DNA from: Chrysomallon squamiferum
Lineage: Eukaryota > Animalia > Mollusca
Length of the DNA stretch: 64,000 nucleotides
Reading direction: 5' to 3'
NCBI GenBank assembly: GCA_012295275.1
Contig: CM022665.1
Span: 1,860,001-1,924,000 of the forward strand
Shown here: positions 61,315 to 64,000 of the stretch, piece by piece
How positions within the stretch are numbered: position 1 is the stretch's first letter
Layout: each line of letters starts with the position of its first letter
Notes under the pieces: generated by a model
What the model saw: only the letters and a program-made list of their open reading frames with translations
Told to the model about the DNA's origin: nothing
The model's database searches: none
Made by a program: the position numbers and the translations under genes

Positions 61315-61370
61315 CAGTGGCGTAGCGTGGGCGGGTGCAGAGGGGCGGTTGCCCGGGGCGCAAAATTCTT
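61315..61370 (+). mobile_element. Probable hAT-type transposon terminus (fragment)
   Basis: GC-rich CAGTGGCGTAGC...GCCCGGGGCGCAAA start typical of hAT MITE ends. No partner end was found. Confidence 0.35.
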
Positions 61371-61390
61371 AGTAAAAAGCCAGCCCCAAA

Positions 61391-61455
<65 letters not shown>

Positions 61456-61931
61456 GCACTGAAAATTTGCACATACAACCACACACTCAGTTATATATAT
61501 ATATATATTTTTTTTTTTTAAAAGAGGATTATATTTGAATATTTAAGATTAATCGAATTAATTATTATCATGTAATTAACAAAAATTTGCTGATAATCAT
61601 AATAGTGATAACGAAAATAAAAAGAAGAATAACAGAACAGTAAAATATACTTTAATATTATGATTGAAGTGATGCAAAACAACGATAAATATTAAAGAAA
61701 TCAAAATTAAGTTACAGTTAACGTCAATAAAGCCCTTTCGTTCTTCTTTAAAAGAAAGAAAGAAAAAAAAAAAAATAATAATAAATAAATAAATAAAAAA
61801 AAACAAGAAAACAAAACAAAACAAAATAATTTCCTTCTTTTTCTTTCTTTCTTTCTACATTTTTAATGTTTTTTTCTGTTTCTTTTTTCCTTTCCTTTCC
61901 TTTCTTTCTTTTCTTTTCTTTTTTTTTTTTT

Positions 61932-61962
<31 letters not shown>

Positions 61963-64000
61963 CATAGCTACAAATAAACAGTATTACAGTTAAAGTTTTT
62001 AAATTTTTTTTTTTTTTAAAGTTTAATCGTGACTTCTGTTACCGCCAGGTGATCGCAAATTCTCTAGGCGTCCACTTCATTTTTACAAATGTCTTTTTTG
62101 CGTGTTTTGACAGTATTCTCCTATTTTAAAGACCTCTAAGCCACAGGAGAGAAAACTGTACAGAGTTTTAATTGTCACTTTATCTAAACTAAGCACCACC
62201 TTATCGATTCTGTGGCGAGAAAAACCGTCCAATTACGTATACTGTTTCTATATTCTGACTGCTTCTGATAAGACGAACGCTGAAAAATTACAAAAATGAC
62301 AAATCGTAACGTGGCGGTTTAGGCTCCTCCAGTGAAAACCAAGAATGCTGTGGCCTCGACTTTGAGAGTGTCACGGATTATAATTATATCACAGTCATTT
62401 TCTAAAACACCACCAATTAGAGGGTTTTCTTTTCTCTTTAACTGATAGTGTGGATAACGTATCCATTTCCTGCGCATAGCTTTAAAAGTGTGCAGTCAGT
62501 AAAATCTTACAGTTCATGTTGTTTTGAAAGTGACGCCACCCAATTAACTAACAAATAAATAAGAATACACGCACACATACATTCACACACGTCTCAGATT
62601 AAATAAACAAGGATTACATCGCTCATATAAATAATAATAATAACAACAACAAAAACAACATCGTAGCTTAATCCTATCACAAACTCCAGTGTAATCATGA
62701 ATATATATCTGCAAGTATTTTCTTCACAATAAATTTCATCACAGACCATGTGCTATCTGGTTCAGCTCAGTTGTAACAAATATTACAGAATTAATTATAT
62801 TGGTGGCAGTTCTAGAACTCTCTGTATCTACACAGTGTTTTGAATTAAACCTCTCATTAGTCCACCAGTGCTTTCTATACTAAAAATTAACTAATGCATT
62901 CAGATCCAGTGTGAAATAAAATAATTAATTAATTAGTACGCGAATAAAATAATTAATAAAAATAACAACAATCAGTTATGAGATAGCACTGGCAGTCCTT
63001 TGTATATATATATATATATATAGTAGCAACGTTTATTTTTTGGGGGTGGGGGGTTGACAAGTCTACTTAAAGTGTTGTCAAACGACATGATATTCGATGT
63101 TACATTATACATTATACCATCTAATACTAAGAAAGCTTTAATATTTTATTTATTTACTTAAGTCTGGTGGGTAAAAATAACATCAACCTCAAAACGCAGT
63201 GAATTTCCGCACCTCGTACCTCTTAAATGATATGTTATAACTTTCTAAGAATTTGAAATTACTATTTCTAGCAGTTTTTATATGAGGCCAATATCAAAAT
63301 GTGGTATCAAAATATAAACACTAAAGAAGTAACTTTTAACTCTGTGAGTGTGTAATTTATTGAAGTAAAAATTATAGCTCCGTCTCAGAAAGCTATACTT
63401 TCAGTTACTGCCCGAAAATACAGAAATGTATCTAGTCGACTATCTTATCTTGCCATTACTTACAGTGATTTCAGGATGTGTATATATAGTAAAAGTGTAT
63501 GTGTGTGTAAAATGTGTTTTGTAATTGTAATATTTGTAAATATTTTATGTAATATTTAAGTTGTGTGTATGTTTGTGTTTGTGTGTGGGTATGTGTGTGT
63601 ATGTGTGTGTGTTTGTGTGTGTGAGTGTAAACTAAAATCCCGGTTAAAATCTTTGGGGGTATATCACAACGCAATATTGCGTTTTTAATATTTTCCTGTT
63701 TACAAATAATTCCATGGTTATTATAACATCAAACATTTGTTTATAAACTGTGGTGAACGAGATATCACAGTGTCGTTTTTCATGAATATTTATAACCTAT
63801 TTATCTTTCCTTTTTCTTTGTTTTCTTATTTAGTCTATCAGTTTCAGACCAGAATAAAATTTACATGTGATTTACTTTTAATATTTATAAAAACATTTAA
63901 TACAGGTTAGAGAGTAAAACTCACGAGCAGAATTTTCTCGCCTTAAATTATTCAACATTACTGGATCAAAAATCCTTTACAGAGCGAGTCACCGTATTCC

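Overview
AT-rich, intron-rich eukaryotic DNA from a metazoan invertebrate. A mollusc or other lophotrochozoan is my guess, but I cannot establish the taxon from the sequence. Six spliced protein-coding genes were reconstructed by hand from GT-AG junctions and exon phases: (1) ER glucosidase II alpha, GANAB (-, 4205-15363); (2,3) two tandem PH-domain evectin/PLEKHB-like paralogs (+, 20548-24701 and 29574-35646); (4) ADAT3 (-, 40922-47850); (5) a BTB-BACK-kelch protein (+, 49017-53611); (6) a TatD/TATDN2-like nuclease (-, 56634-58871, with decayed upstream exons). Two observations stand out. First, a tandem cluster of three ~97-102 nt Pol III genes at 38.5-40.3 kb matches vault RNA in sequence and in covarying terminal stem. 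Second, GANAB carries two tandem 224-nt copies of the exon encoding the catalytic nucleophile, separated by only 46 nt, which points to mutually exclusive exons that swap part of the active site. The window also holds several non-autonomous DNA transposons, two fold-back palindromes centred on (TA)n, and many microsatellites.
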